DNA of 64,000 nt from Chlorokybus atmophyticus (lineage: Eukaryota; Plantae; Mesostigma and Chlorokybus algae): positions 1 to 64,000 of the forward strand of contig RHPI01002504.1 of NCBI GenBank assembly GCA_009103225.1. Reading direction: 5' to 3'. The position numbers and the translations under genes were made by a program. The notes under the pieces are model-generated. The model saw nothing but the letters and a program-made list of their open reading frames with translations. It did not search any database and was not told the DNA's origin. Every line of letters starts with the position of its first letter. Within the stretch, counting starts at the first letter, position 1. This document shows positions 31,020 to 44,499 of this stretch, piece by piece.

Positions 31020-34000
31020 TCCAGGTGTTTGTCGGCAGTAGTTTGAGCACTTCAACAAGCACTTATAGCGACCGACCAGCAACCGGTTCTTGTCTTGTAA
31101 GTTGATGCTGCTGCAACTCAATATGGTTGATACTACAGCTACAAAGAGTTGTTGCTTCTCTGATTGCTACATTGCAACGCATGTGCGCGCTGTGCCTTGT
31201 GTGCTTGCAGTGGCCAAGTGGGCGCCATGGCGATGCCGCTGCAGGTGGAGGGTCTCCTGTCCCCTCAAACGCTGGACTTTTCCCATGAGCGCGCAAGACA
31301 GGGCCATCTCTCTGAGGGGCTACTCGAGCCCGGCCAACGTCCCCACCGTGGAGGCAGCAAAAGAACGAATTCTTCACGCGGTGTTGTGGGGTACAGCTCG
31401 CGAGCACGAACCACCAAGGGGCATGCAGCTGACAGCCCCTCCGGGCCAGGTGGTAGAATATATCTTTTACTGGCACCTTTTCACAGTTCGATGACGCCGT
31501 GTTAGCTTTAGCAAGGCAGGAAGGTCTGTGGCACCATGTCGAGGGACACCCAGATGCAGCACAAGTGCTGCTTGTCATAAAGCAGGACGGCGAGCCCGTG
31601 TATTACCGCGCGCCGATATACAGCACGCCGTTGAGCGGTAAGCTGTCGAAGAAATTTGTCATTTATGGTTTTGGTTGTTGCATTATTGTAACATGCATTT
31701 TTGCACTTGCTTGTTTGCGAGTAGCATTCTTTCAGTGTTTTTTATTTGCCTAGGCAAAACTATCATCAGTAACGTCTGTGTGCAGACCCAATTCAGAGTT
31801 TTATTGATGCGGCCAGAGCCTCGAGACGAGATAGGTAGGGGAGGGGAGGGGAGGGAGGGAGGGAGGAGAGGGCGGGCTTTTTATGTACATTGTATAGACG
31901 TATTGTTCACAGTCTTTTACACGTTTGGCACTCTTTCTTGCAATGATCGCACTCAGCGCTTGCATGCACTCACGCAAACACGCAAGTTGCGGTCTATGGG
32001 CACAAATGGTCATGCATGCACTAGTTGACGCGTTGCCAATATCCCTTATGCGCGGTGTTTCCCTTTTAAGTCCATGTGAGGCTGAATGCTTGTGCCACAC
32101 CCGGGGTACAGACGTAACATGCTATGCTAAGGTAGGTGACTATCACGTGAAGGTTTGCAGGCTGACCCTTTGTAATAGTCGCCGCCTTCTTTCTTGTGTG
32201 GACAACTGTGTATACGGCCCTGGAGTCGAGGTCACGAGGGAGGCCAAGTGTAACGGAACCGTTGGGTGAGGTCCTCCACATTGTGCACATGCACAGAAAA
32301 CAAGGTGTTTGAGCACGGAGTCTCAAAGCAACACTAGCTTCTTGTGGCTTCGTACGCGAGTACATAACGTTATAAGAGTTGCTATCAGCGAGCTCATAAT
32401 CAATGTAGTGCCACTAAAAGTGACCGCTTCCATTGATAGCTGCCTTCACTCAAACCAGTGCACTCACAATGTGGTTATTGCTCCGGAGTTCATTGATGAC
32501 CCGCTATGGCCCGCTCCTGTTGAAACCCAGCTCTGCACTATGCACATCTGCTCTGCCTGTTCTTCATCACTATCACCCTGTACAAGTGGCTGCTTTCCTC
32601 CTCATTATCGGTGGCAACAATGGCCTACTCCGTGGCGGAGAAGCTTGGCTCATGCTCTTGTTGGATAGATATACACGCCCTCACAAGCAAGAAGGTCCTC
32701 ATCATTGCAGTCCATGACATTATAAGCAGCGAAGAGCACGGTCTCTTTGGCATGACCAGTGCGTTTTTTGAGCAATAGGGGTGCCATCCAAAGTTTGTGT
32801 TTGTGTGCTTGCATTCGGGGCGGCACTTATAAGTGTGTATGTGTAAGTGTGCATATGTAGTTGCTTGCGTGCATGTGGGCGTGTACGTGTGCGTACATAC
32901 GCACGAGCGCGCGTGTGCGTCTGATCTATGCATGTGCGCGTGATTGTGTGCGTGCTGCACGTGTGCTCTTGGCAAACGCGTATATTGCGTGTGTGTGTGG
33001 AACTTCACTGATGTGTATGCACGCGCACATGCGTGGTTACGTGCGCATGTGCTTGCGTAGGCAGTCTGCACTACTTCACTGAACGTAACTCGTGTGTGCT
33101 GATTGTGCAGTAGTGTCCGACCCCCCCCCTCNNNNNNNNNNNNNNNNNNNNNNNNNNNNNNNNNNNNNNNNNNNNNNNNNNNNNNNNNNNNNNNNNNNNN
33201 NNNNNNNNNNNNNNNNNNNNNNNNNNNNNNNNNNNNNNNNNNNNNNNNNNNNNNNNNNNNNNNNNNNNNNNNNNNNNNNNNNNNNNNNNNNNNNNNNNNN
33301 NNNNNNNNNNNNNNNNNNNNNNNNNNNNNNNNNNNNNNNNNNNNNNNNNNNNNNNNNNNNNNNNNNNNNNNNNNNNNNNNNNNNNNNNNNNNNNNNNNNN
33401 NNNNNNNNNNNNNNNNNNNNNNNNNNNNNNNNNNNNNNNNNNNNNNNNNNNNNNNNNNCCCCCCCCCCCCCCCCCTCCTGCGCACCCGCACCCACACAGT
33501 TACAGTCACAGTCACGATGTGCAGGTGGTGGCGGGTGCAGTTGAGCTGCCGGCGGTCATGGTAAGGTCTCCGGCGTAGGTCATCATGTGTGGTGAGATAA
33601 GAGCTGCTGGCGGCGGGAGGCTCCCACCCTGACACGGACACATGCATCTCTTGGGACACCACCGTCTACCACTGCGTCAACCCCCGGGGGCCACCCTCGA
33701 CACCTGCCACTCGTGTGACTGCATGGTAGGCCTGAGATGGACTCGCGGTCATGCGAACGAGGGCCACAACTGTGATGCATGTACACATCATCTTGGTTGC
33801 TGCTTCTTACTGGACGGCACTGTTGGCAACTTGCGAGCGCGCGTTGCCTTGAGTGCATGGAGGCAACATGTACACTTTGCGGTTACCTAGCATTACCTGC
33901 ATGTACACGCTGTGCGTGTGAGTCTGCGCTCACGTATGCGCGTGCATGCGTGTGACTGCATGCATGTGACTGCAGACGGACGTGTGGACGTGTGCATGAG

Positions 34001-34700
34001 CGCCTCAGCTTTGCGTGCGCATGCGCACTCGCGTGCACACTGTTGATGGTATGCACTCAATCCACGAGAAGTCTTGTGTAGGTTAAATCACACTGATCTA
34101 CCTATCCTTAGTTTTGCGGTTGTGGAGTGACAGTGACATCGGCGGGTTTGATGCGAAACCGACACAGACGCTGCAGCCGAGCCTGACCACCGTCGCCTCT
34201 TCCAGCCCCGTTGGCACCGCTGTTGCCAACAACATTCACCAGCACGCCTTGATGGCGACACCCTCACCCGCTTCGTCGTCATCGGCGCATCCTTCTTTGT
34301 GCACAAACACACACACACACCTGCGTGCGAAGATAGCACACACTGGCCTGTGTGCTGTACGCGCTGGGTGTTCTTTGATGGGGAGCGGTTCGCGCATTGA
34401 CGCCATGATGCGTTCCTGTGTGTACCGACGTTACCGATACCTGACAGCTAGGCCAACGGGTGTGACATCCTACCTGTTCCAGGCTGTGGCTGCGGGCATA
34501 CCGTACCTGTTTACGGGGTAGTCAAAGTGGGGGTTGCATGAGGTGGGTCCACCGCATTTATGTCAATGCAGCACAACCTACATGGCGATGTGTATATGCC
34601 ATTGACACGCCTCCTTTCGGCAACATCGGGTCGCTTCTCAAAGGCCTTGGTAGCACCCACAATTCAAGTTCACCCTATGCGATTCAGGTCATGCAGTATA
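31020..34700 (+). pseudogene. Degenerate multi-exon 'LWHHV' family copy 1 (left arm of inverted duplication)
   Basis: NVPTVEAAKERILHAV...ARQEGLWHHVEGHPDAAQVLLV...YYRAPIY with frameshifts; later exon relics at ~31960, 32660, 33520, 34130, 34540. Confidence 0.6.
33132..33458. other. Assembly gap (N run) flanked by poly-C
   Basis: 327 N. Confidence 1.
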
Positions 34701-35428
34701 CTGTCATAGCATGTGTCCAATGACGGTGGTGTCCATAACTATTAGCAACCAGTTCTGTTCAGTTTGATGAGTTGCAATCGCTACCAACTCACCCAAATGC
34801 AAGCATGCACGACTGCAGGTGCAGTATGCGCATGCATGTCCTATCGTGCAAGGTTCGAAGTACAAGGGGGCCAACTCGAACCATAGAGCTGGAACACAGG
34901 TAACACACTGGCAACTACCTAGGGGTCCAACATTGACACCTGTTACCAACAAGGCATCAGTTTAAACAAAACAGGTCTCAATATAGTACAAATGTACAGG
35001 AGTTGGGTTCGCAGCATGACATGCTGCGAAGGCAGCGGCACACCACACACCGGCACACTGGCTCAATCACACCTCGTCACTCAGCACACGCACACCACGT
35101 GCCCCCTGTCGGCATCATCATCAACTCTGCCCCTGTGGTCGGCGGCCGCGCAACCCGGCATTGCCTCCCCTCCCCTCCCCTTGAAGGTAATCAATCAACC
35201 TGCACATGTACATACGCACTTCTGGTGAGAGACAAGCCCACGTCGGTTTGGGTGAACGAGGTGCGACATAAAGCTTCCTTGCTACATGAAGCCCCGTACC
35301 TGTACATGCGCAAGTAGGCGATGTTGCTTGCAGCATCCTGCGTGGCAGGATGCAGCGTGGCCTGATGTGCCATCCGCCCCGCACTGGCCGCATGGTTGAT
35401 GCTACGCGACTGACTTCTGCCACCACTA

Positions 35429-36778
35429 CTATGCACTTATGGTCAAGTCAATCAGCACCTCTTCCTGAACTTCGGGCGCAAGGTAGAAGCGCACATGACC
35501 CTTGTTCTCGATGACATACTCGACAGCGATTGGTAGTGCCTTAGAAAACCACAGCTTGACTGGGTGAGGGTGATAGCGATGTGGCCTTGGTGAAGTTGTT
35601 CAGGTACTGTAGCGCAAAAGTTGAAGCCACAGGTTTCTGCCAGTTCAAACAAGCATGAAAAGGTTGTTATCTGCAGTGCACATTGCAGATTCTGAATCTG
35701 CAATGTGCACTGCAACAGCAATACATAGACAACGGGAAGTGTTGTACCTGCACGGAAATAATGGTCTTTTCCTGACCGTTCTGAGGGTGAGCATTTTGTC
35801 GCACTGTGATGTTGGCGGCGCTAGTAACGCCCTTACAGAACAGAAAACTTGATGCCATTCTTACTGACGGAGATGACAACGGTGTCTGCCATACATGCCA
35901 GGTACTGGCAGATGCGCTGCAGCTCTTGTGAAGGCATGGTCACTGCGGCCGTGTAGTCCTGAAGAGTGCAGCAAACAGTCAAACCTCTGACTGTTGTTCA
36001 CTTGTACATCAGCTGCTGCACAAGCCAAGTGTCATCAAGACATGATCAGGGATCCCCAGGGATCCCCTCTGAGTCCATGTCCATCAATTTGAGCTCAACG
36101 TCTGCAAGCTTGTCGTCATCCTCGCCGTTGATTCCAATTGTGCACGTGTCTGCGCCATCCTCAACCTGTAACAATAACACGAAGAGAACCACGCAACCAA
36201 GATTGAGCAAGCACCAATGCATGTGCCAATGCTTTATTTTGCTGTTCGCTGTGAAGGAATATATAGCGCTGGCAGACTATATTGCTGGACTTACGTTGAA
36301 GGTTATGACGTCAGTGATTTGTGCGAGGCGCAGCATTTTGCCCAGATTATGAAAGTTGATGCCCAGCGACAGCGTGCGGTCACAGCGGTAGTGATCACAA
36401 CCGTCTGCTTCCAGCAACACATCCACCAAAGCAGCATGGCTTGTGTCCATCGCCTGCATGCAATGCAAGCGTGCATGGTAAATGCCATTACTAATTGGGC
36501 CACAGCTTGACTGCCAAAGAAGACTGACCCAACAAAGCAAACACAGAAGTATTCAACATGCTGCATTGTTCTAGGTGCAACCCAACTCTGCAGACATGAA
36601 CACTCATGACACCATGTACACAAGTAAGCAACAGGACAACAAGCTTGTCCTTCCCACCTTAGCCTACCTGCAAGGAAATGCCTGTGCTGGAGCAGTCGAT
36701 GCTGCCCTCCGTCACGAGGTTTCTGAACGAGTCAAGGATCTTCTTGAAGAGGGCGACTGCCATGCGTGCCTCAAACAT
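35429..36778 (-). pseudogene. PCNA: Divergent PCNA with three frameshifts
   Basis: MFEARM...DCSSTGISLQ / AMDTSHAALV...YRCDR / KLMDMDSE-GIPD / MPSQELQRIC / FALQYLNNFTKAT / GHVRFYLAP; shifts at ~36048-36067, ~35835 and ~35570. Confidence 0.88.
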
Positions 36779-37108
36779 CTTGTGCTGCTGCTCTGCTGAG
36801 CCCCAACTAGAGAAGACGCAAGCAGGTAACCTCTCCTTCAGCGGTACAAAGCACCTGCACGTGCAAGCACAACGACCACTACAAGGAGGCAGCGGCGGAG
36901 GCGCAGTGCTACACGTGACGGCAACTCAAGAGGCTGCACTTCACCAACGTTCACCATGCAGTGATGCCCCGCCGCGCAACTTGCCTGCTATATTGCACTG
37001 CGCAACCTTAGCCTCGCGACCACTTTGGCGCCAAAGCTTTGAAAATGAAGTGCCGTGCGCACAAGCCGCACAGACGCAAGCCTTTGTATAGCGCGGCGAT
37101 TATGCAAG

Positions 37109-37120
37109 CCCTAACCCTAA
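37109..37120 (+). promoter_or_regulatory. Telo-box-like CCCTAACCCTAA in the divergent PCNA/RPL12 promoter
   Basis: Two tandem CCCTAA units about 145 bp before the RPL12 ATG. Confidence 0.55.
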
Positions 37121-37264
37121 CTCAATCCGCAGAGCACCGGCGGGTTAGCTTGGTGAAAGCGACCCCGTGGCGGCGGCGGCTGCGGAGGACGACAACGACG
37201 ACAAGGACCAGGATCAGGACCAAACGCCGCGCCGCCCAGCTGCTCTGGTTTCTTTGTGACAGTT

Positions 37265-38661
37265 ATGCATGCGCTGCGGGCTGCGAGACGACTCGGCCAG
37301 CTAGCTAGGCGGAGCACCAGCAGTGGCTGTTGCAGCAGCGGTAGCAGTAGCGGCAGCAGCGGCAGCATTGGTGGCATTGCCGCTGCCTCACCGAGCGGCA
37401 GGACAAGTGTAGATGCGGATGATAGGGCACTAAGGCTGCCGTTCATTAGAGTAGTAGGATTGCATGGCACAGCCAGGCGTAGCCAGGGGAATGAGGGGAG
37501 TGCTGCTCAGCTGGATGAGCAGCAGCAGCAGGGGACGCGGCCTGCTGAGGGCAATTGGGATCCCACGCCGGAGAGGCTGGCCAGGGTAGAGGCCATCGCC
37601 GATCAGATCTGCGCCCTGTCCTTGCTGGAAGTTGCGGAGCTCACGCAAGTACGTGCGTTGTGCGTGTCTGTGTGTGCGTGCGTGCGTGTGTCTCTGCTGG
37701 TTTGCATGCTGCGGCCCGCTGCTGACATGGGTGCTGGTTGTCGCTGTTGTCGCTGAAATGTTGTTGGTTGCTATGTACGTATGCTCGGTTCTGCATCTCC
37801 AATTGTGACATCTCAGTTTCAGAACACTGTGCATGGCGCTCATTAAGTTTTTCAGTCTGCTTTCTGAGGGCGACACTCGCCATTCTCTGAATTTTCATGT
37901 CAATGCTTACATGTTTTATCCACACGCACATGCTCCGCGTGCGCACACCCAAATGCTCTTACACGAGCTCGCGTAGACAAGTGTCGCATGATTTCAGTGC
38001 TGCGCGTATGGGCTAAAGGCTGCACGCCATTATTGCCATTTTGCGGTACTGTGCGGGTTTTAGTGTTCTGCCAGAGTCAGCAAAAAGCTCATCCCAATGC
38101 ACACTGTGTTATTCTGCATGTAGGTCCTGCGTGTGCGCCTGAAGATTGATTCAATACCCATTGCGGGTGGATACGTCTCTGCGCCGGGTGCTGGAGGGGC
38201 CGCGGAGGAAGCGCCCGCCGAAGAGCCTGTCAAGGAGAAGACCGAGTTTGATGTCAAGCTGGAGAAGTTTGACACTGCTGCCAAAATCAAGGTAAGATTA
38301 TGTGCATGTGCGTGTGCATGCAAGACACGTGCAAGACATGTGTGCCTGCACGTAATTTGTGTGTGCGCAATGCCTGTTTCAAAGCCTTTACAACACGCAG
38401 CCTGTGCTTGCTTAACATCACCCACCACGCCAAAGCACTTATTTACATGATCGTGCACTGTTCCCTATTGTGGGTTCAAACTCACCCCCTTGCTTGCAGG
38501 TCATTAAGGAGGTTCGAGCTGTGACCAGCCTCGGCCTTAAGGAGGCGAAAGAGCTTGTCGAGTCGGCTCCGGCTGTCGTGAAAAAGGGCATCAAAAAGGA
38601 CGAAGCTGAGGCCATTATGGCGAAGCTTGCCGCCGTGGGTGCCACATGCACAATTGAATAG
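37265..38661 (+). CDS. RPL12: Organellar (mitochondrial-type) ribosomal protein L7/L12
   Basis: Exons 37265-37648, 38124-38291, 38500-38661; transit peptide, [52 protein letters not shown]. Confidence 0.92.
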
Positions 38662-40499
38662 CACAACAACAGGTCCGGAGAATTGGTCTTTAAATCCAAC
38701 AAGGTGTCCTATCATGTTCTACAAGTTGCCAACACATTCAACAGTTGCAATGGCTGCGTTAGTCCCAACACTAAGTTGTACCCCACTCGTGCAGTGCACT
38801 CGTACAGTGCACTGGTGAGGTTGCTTAGTGGTAGGACATATGCCCGACAACGTACAGCTACAAGTGAAGGTTGTAGCTATGCGGCAATATGGACAAGGTG
38901 GCTGTAGCTGTTGCTGTATTTGATTCTCTGTTATGCTTGAGCTAATTGCGTTCCCGTGACCTTATCCGTATCGGGGGTGGGCGTGGGGGTAGTGCACATG
39001 AATAGCGACGAGCAAGACATGTCTATCCACGAGCATGTGTCTGTTTTCTCAAAGACTTACTGAGAAACCATGCTTAGGGGGAGGGGAGGTGCATGCGTGT
39101 TCATGAGCCGCACGACACAAACAGTCTACTATGAGTAAACCAGGTTTGCTGTGCTTATGTGCGTGTGCATGTTTCTGTGCAGTGTGACATAAAGTTGTTG
39201 CTCTGAGAGTAACAGGTATGATGCGTGTACGCGCGCGCATCTCTGAACGTGTATGTGCGGTGTAACTCAACAACCAGCCCCATGTGATATGATGCCATAG
39301 CATGTCACATAAAATCAAAGGGGAGAACAAGCCCATTGCTTCAGCTGTTCTACCCCAACCTGACACGATTCGTCCCTGTGTCAAGCAACGCATTGCAGAA
39401 CTCTGCATGGTACAACAAAAACAGTGCATTTTCAACAAGCTGGACTACCCAACATGCAACCCCGCACACGCGTGCGTATTCAAAACAGCACTTCACATAC
39501 CCTATACCCTCACAACACGCCGGGGTGTGTGCGCAAGGCCTTGTTAGAGGTCGAGGGAGGTGTCGAATGCTGCCACAGTCGGGCGCAGGGCCTGCGAGAC
39601 CACAGAGGGCGGGCCAAGCGCTTTGAGCATGCTGGTCTCGCCTGCGGAAAGGAAGGAAGCATCTTGCTTGGAGACTGCACGCCCTGCGCGTGCAAGTGAC
39701 TTGCACCATAGTGTTGCACACGCATGTATGTGCGCATTGCGTATCTGCCGTACCCATGCAGTGAACAACACACCACAAAGCCAGCCATGACAAGGGTCAG
39801 GACCTGCTGCTTGTCCAGCATACAATAGTGTGGGCGACACTCATCTGCATTACAGAAATGTTGCGGCACGCGCACACGCATGCCCGAACATGCGCAAGCA
39901 AGTGCGCGTACACGCATCTAGGCCCACCGACACCGGCAGAGACACCCTGCAGGGCGAGGAGGACACGTTGTCGCATCCTTGATGCAACTCCTCACCGTCA
40001 ACATGAGGGCCCCAATGCTCGAAGAGAATACCAACATTGCGATGATGGCCTTGGGGTTCAGTCCGCCCACGCGGATGGCCACCCCAACCGTTGCCTTCGC
40101 ACTGCCCACCACTAATGGTCGATGCATGCACCACACCGACTTGTGACACCTCTCTACAAAAGAAGTATGTTGAAAAAGTTAGCATAGTTGAGTGGTACAG
40201 CGTATGGCTTAGGATGTTAACAACCAGGGCTATTCAGTGATCATGCAATCGCACTGAGTACACCCAGGCAATGGATTAATCTCTTACCTTCAACGAGCAC
40301 ACGCACGCATGCGCGCACGCCCAAGGTGGATGCATAGGATGTTCCCAGTGGCTGCGTGTATGAGTCCAAAGGGCGCCGTTTCAATCAGGATGTTGTGCAT
40401 GCGCTAAAGTCCACAGCTCACAACTACAGCACTCACTTGTGAATCAGGTAAAAAGGCGTCTGAGGTCCCGCTGCTTCGAGCCTTGAGCCCGTGATAATG

Positions 40500-43290
40500 A
40501 AGGTGTTGGCCCCACCCCACCTTGCGTGGACAAACCTTTGTCTAAAGGTACATGCAACATGCAATGCACATGTGGCTGCTCCCAAGGCCGGTGGGAAGAG
40601 ACCCGATGTTGCCGGGAGGAGGCGTGTTGGTGGCGTACAGCCATGTATGTCGTGTGTGCACGTTGCATTGGGGTGAGGATGTGGCTGGCACACCCCACCT
40701 CGTGCAACAGCGGCCCCCGATAAGCCCTTTCCGCAAACAGGTATCTATCTATGCCCGCACTTGCAGTCTGGACCAGGACAGCATGTCATTCTTCTTGTCC
40801 TCGCTGCAGGTGGCCATAACGTGCCTCGTCTGCGCACGCAAGTGCGCGTGTGCGTACGCATGTGCGCGCGTAGAAGGGTGTTGCCCATGACGGCACAGCG
40901 GGTGAGGGTGCCGCCTTTAGAAGCATGTTGATGGGTATTGTTGGCGGCGGTGCCGATGGGGTCGCAGCAAATCCCGCCATTGTCACCGTTAGGTGAACAG
41001 GATAGGATCGTCACCATAGAGTGCGTGCCATCAGCAATGCGTGCGCGCATTCCTGCACTAGCAAAGCTGAGGCGCACATGCTATGTAGGTGTGCGCATGC
41101 CCACGTGCTCGCACTCATACACGCACGGACACGCGCGCGCGCACACACGCTCACGCGCACACATACTCGTGCGCACACAGCGTGCTTGCACGTCCATTGT
41201 ATGCAACGAAGCTGCAGAGTGTACATGTTGTCTCCAAGCACGCAAGGTAACACGCACTAGTACTTACAAACTCTCAACAATGCAAACTATGAGGACGCAG
41301 CAACTGAAGGTGTACATGCATTAAATGTATGCGCGTCAGCCGTCGTGCGCACGAGTCCATCACGTATCAGCCCTATCTTGGTGTCATGCGAGTGGCAGGT
41401 GTCGCGGGCGGGGTACATGCAATGGACGCCGGTGGTGTCCCGAGAAAATATGTGTCTATGTCAGGGGTGGGAGCCGCCCGCCATCGGCAGCTTGTCTCAC
41501 CACCCATGATGACCTACGCTGGAGACCTCACAATGACCGCTGGCAGCTGAACTAGACCCGCCACCACCTGCAGATTGTGCGCGTGCGCGTGCGCGGGTTG
41601 GGGTGGGGGAAAGGGGGGCGCATGCATGTGCTTGCTGTGTTAGTCTGTGTAGAGATGATGATGGTACCAAGTGCAACAACCAACGACGACCACTTCGACA
41701 GCAATCTAGAAACTGTTGGTCAGTCCGGTCATTGACACCAAGTCCTATTGTTAACATTCACCATCTCCAACAGATGCAGCGCAATCCATATCATTTCCCA
41801 GCCCAGACACAACGCGCTGGCCACCATGAACGGCGTCATGTGCTGAAAGCGGACGTAGAAACGGTACGAAGAGAAACCCAGCGCCGGCCATAATTGTTGA
41901 GACAACGGGGAGAGTGTGCAAAAGTGTGTATGGTATGTGTGCCGCAGCACGGAAGGGGGGAGGGGGGCACTACTGCAAGATCAGCACAGACGAGTTACGT
42001 TCACTAAAGTAGTAGTGCAGACTGCCTACGCACGCACATGCGCACATAGGCACGCGCACGTGCGAGCGTACTTTGCGTGTGCGTGCGGAACTTCAATGAT
42101 ATGTGTGCATGCGTGTATCTGCGCGGCGCAGATACACGCACACGCAATGCGCGTTTGCCAAGAGCGCACGTGCAGCACGCACAGACTTACGCGCACATGC
42201 ATACACTAGATGCGCACATGCGTAGGCACGCCCACACGCACGCATACAATAGTATAAATGCAGCCCCGCATGCACACGAACACAAACTTTGGGTGGCACC
42301 TCGTTTGCTCTGAAACGCATTGGCCATCAAGGCCGCGCTCTCCACTGCTGATGACGTCTTGGATCACATAAAAACGAATGCAATAGGCCTGCAAGCGCGT
42401 GTGCTACAACAATGCAACAAAGCATACCATATCAAACGTTATTTCAATATGTTATCATCCAGCAACGTGCTGCATATCACCATGCAATAAAACACGGACT
42501 CGTCAAGTTGCTCTGTGACAAGCAACATTTTTGCGGCATTCGGGTGTCCATTAACATGGTGCCACAAGCGTCCCTGCCTCGACAATCCTATTAAGGCCCC
42601 ATCAGATACTGCCAGAGTGCCAGTCAAGACACGCTCTACCACCTGACCAGGAGCGTCGAGGGGTACTGCTCGTACGCATGAAGAACCAAGAGGCATGCAA
42701 GAGGCATTGCCGGACGCTCCAGGCCAGGTGGTAGAGCATGTCTTCACTGGCACTTTGTCAGCATCTGATGAAGCCGTGGTAGGTTTGTCGAGGCAGGAAC
42801 GCCTGTGGCACCATGTCAATGGATACCTGAAAGTACCTTACAACACCACTCAAAGGCTTCGCAGTTTTGCTGCCTCCCCCGAGCTCGAAGGGACGTTGAC
42901 CGACAACAACCAAAATGCTAGGCCTTGGTCATTCAAGCAAACCACCAAGCCTGGCTCGAGTAGTAGCTCAACGGCCGTGTCTCGCGCGCGCATGGAACAT
43001 GTCGAGCATATAAGGGGACAAGAGACTCTCCACCTGCACACCTTGCGTCACCACCGCCGAGCCAAGCAAGAAGGCAGCGCCATTGCCGTGGCGAGCACTT
43101 GGCCGCTGCAAGCCCACAAGGCACATACATTGCAGTGTAGCCATCAGAGAAGCAAGAACTATTTGTTGTAGTTGCAACAGTAACAATTTCAATTGCAGCA
43201 GCAACAGCAACATACAAGACAAGAAGCGGTCGCTCATTAGTCGATGAAAGTGCTTGTTGAAGTGCTCAAACCAAGGCTCATCAACACCTG
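40500..43290 (-). pseudogene. Degenerate 'LWHHV' family copy 2 (right arm of inverted duplication)
   Basis: Reverse-complement similarity to 31020-31300, 32700-33120, 33520-33730, 34130-34300 and 34400-34700; SRQGRLWHHVNGHPNAAKMLLV. Confidence 0.65.
42547..42823. repeat. Ungapped inverted repeat: 111-nt arms, 55-nt spacer
   Basis: Arms 42547-42657 and 42713-42823; 16 mismatches in 111 by manual count. Confidence 0.9.
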
Positions 43291-43342
43291 GAAGAGACAT
43301 GCAGCAATACCAGAATTGCCACAGTAGCGCTATGCCAGCAGC

Positions 43343-44499
43343 TTACTCTCGGGCAGCGTGATCTGTCTGCACCACAAGCTGCAGGCCTAATGGACTTAGA
43401 GCATGTGGAAGGCTTCTCGGCAACACGTCGACTAGCACATGCATGGCTTGGCTTACCCAAAAGGCCACAGCTGGCGTGTATGTGCGAGTGAATGCAAGTC
43501 CTTGAGTGCGCTGTGTGCAAAGAAGAGCGTAAAGAATGTGAAGCAATGTGAGCATCCCTAGTGTGTACATAGCCCCCCCCNNNNNNNNNNNNNNNNNNNN
43601 NNNNNNNNNNNNNNNNNNNNNNNNNNNNNNNNNNNNNNNNNNNNNNNNNNNNNNNNNNNNNNNNNNNNNNNNNNNNNNNNNNNNNNNNNNNNNNNNNNNN
43701 NNNNNNNNNNNNNNNNNNNNNNNNNNNNNNNNNNAAGGTTTAAGCTGCATGCTCGATCGCATGCGCTCGCACTCCAACAATAGTCTGCAAAGACACTGCA
43801 AGCTTGGCTTGGGCGGCACAATACAGATGGCAGTCAAGTACGAAGCATGTTAGTGCAGATGCATATCGGTTGTCTATGATGATTATTGCATCTCGACAGT
43901 CAACGTAAGCGATTGTACTCACAATAGCTCACCTTCCATGGCGTGATGTAAACTGGTGCACGATAAAACAAGGGCTCTTTGCCCTTGATGGCTGAGACAA
44001 GCAGCACTAGTGCTGCATCTAGCCATCCGTCCACATGGTGCCACAAGTGCTCTCGCCTCCCCAAACCACTGATAGCTTCTATACACTGTGGCAGGCTGCC
44101 CACAAAAGCACACTCCGTCCCATCAACCTCGCCATGCGTAATAGTGTTAGTAATCAGTTGCATTCCCCGTGGCTCCTCATCCAGCCAAGCCGTACCCCTC
44201 ACCACTGTGTCCAGAATGTGCTGCTTGGCCGCCTCCACCGATGGCAAGTTGGCCCTCGCCAACCTCAAAGCTAAGCCTGCATTGTCAAAGGCAACCACCA
44301 AGCCTTGGTGACTGTCTCCACGCAGGCGGCCGTCACGCGCCAGCTCACGGAAAATGTTGAGCGTGGCTGGGGACAGGAGGTGTCCGCACTCGCCCTGAAC
44401 CTCAACCTCCTCCTCTCCCTCCTCTCCCTCTCCCTCCTCCTCCCAACTGTCCTCGTCGCTGCCATCGCCAGGCATGGGATGGGGCAGCGCCGTTGCCAT
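43343..44499 (-). CDS. 'LWHHV' family copy 3; first coding exon open (189 aa, acidic N-terminus), second exon ~43500-43343
   Basis: MATALPHPMPGDGSDEDSWEEE...NLPSVEAAKQHILDTV...GRREHLWHHVDGWLDAALVLLV...FYRAPVYITPWK|gtgagc; then MHVLVDVLP exon. Confidence 0.5.
43581..43734. other. Assembly gap (N run)
   Basis: 154 N after a poly-C run. Confidence 1.

Noticed and set aside
32625-33662. ORFs spanning the N runs (also 43343-43853)
   Set aside because: Artefacts of translating through assembly gaps
37109-37120. Interstitial telomere or chromosome-fusion scar
   Set aside because: Only two units, in a promoter position; better explained as a telo-box
39918-40136. Hydrophobic ORF as a small membrane-protein gene
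   Set aside because: No recognisable family; probably part of the degenerate duplicated region
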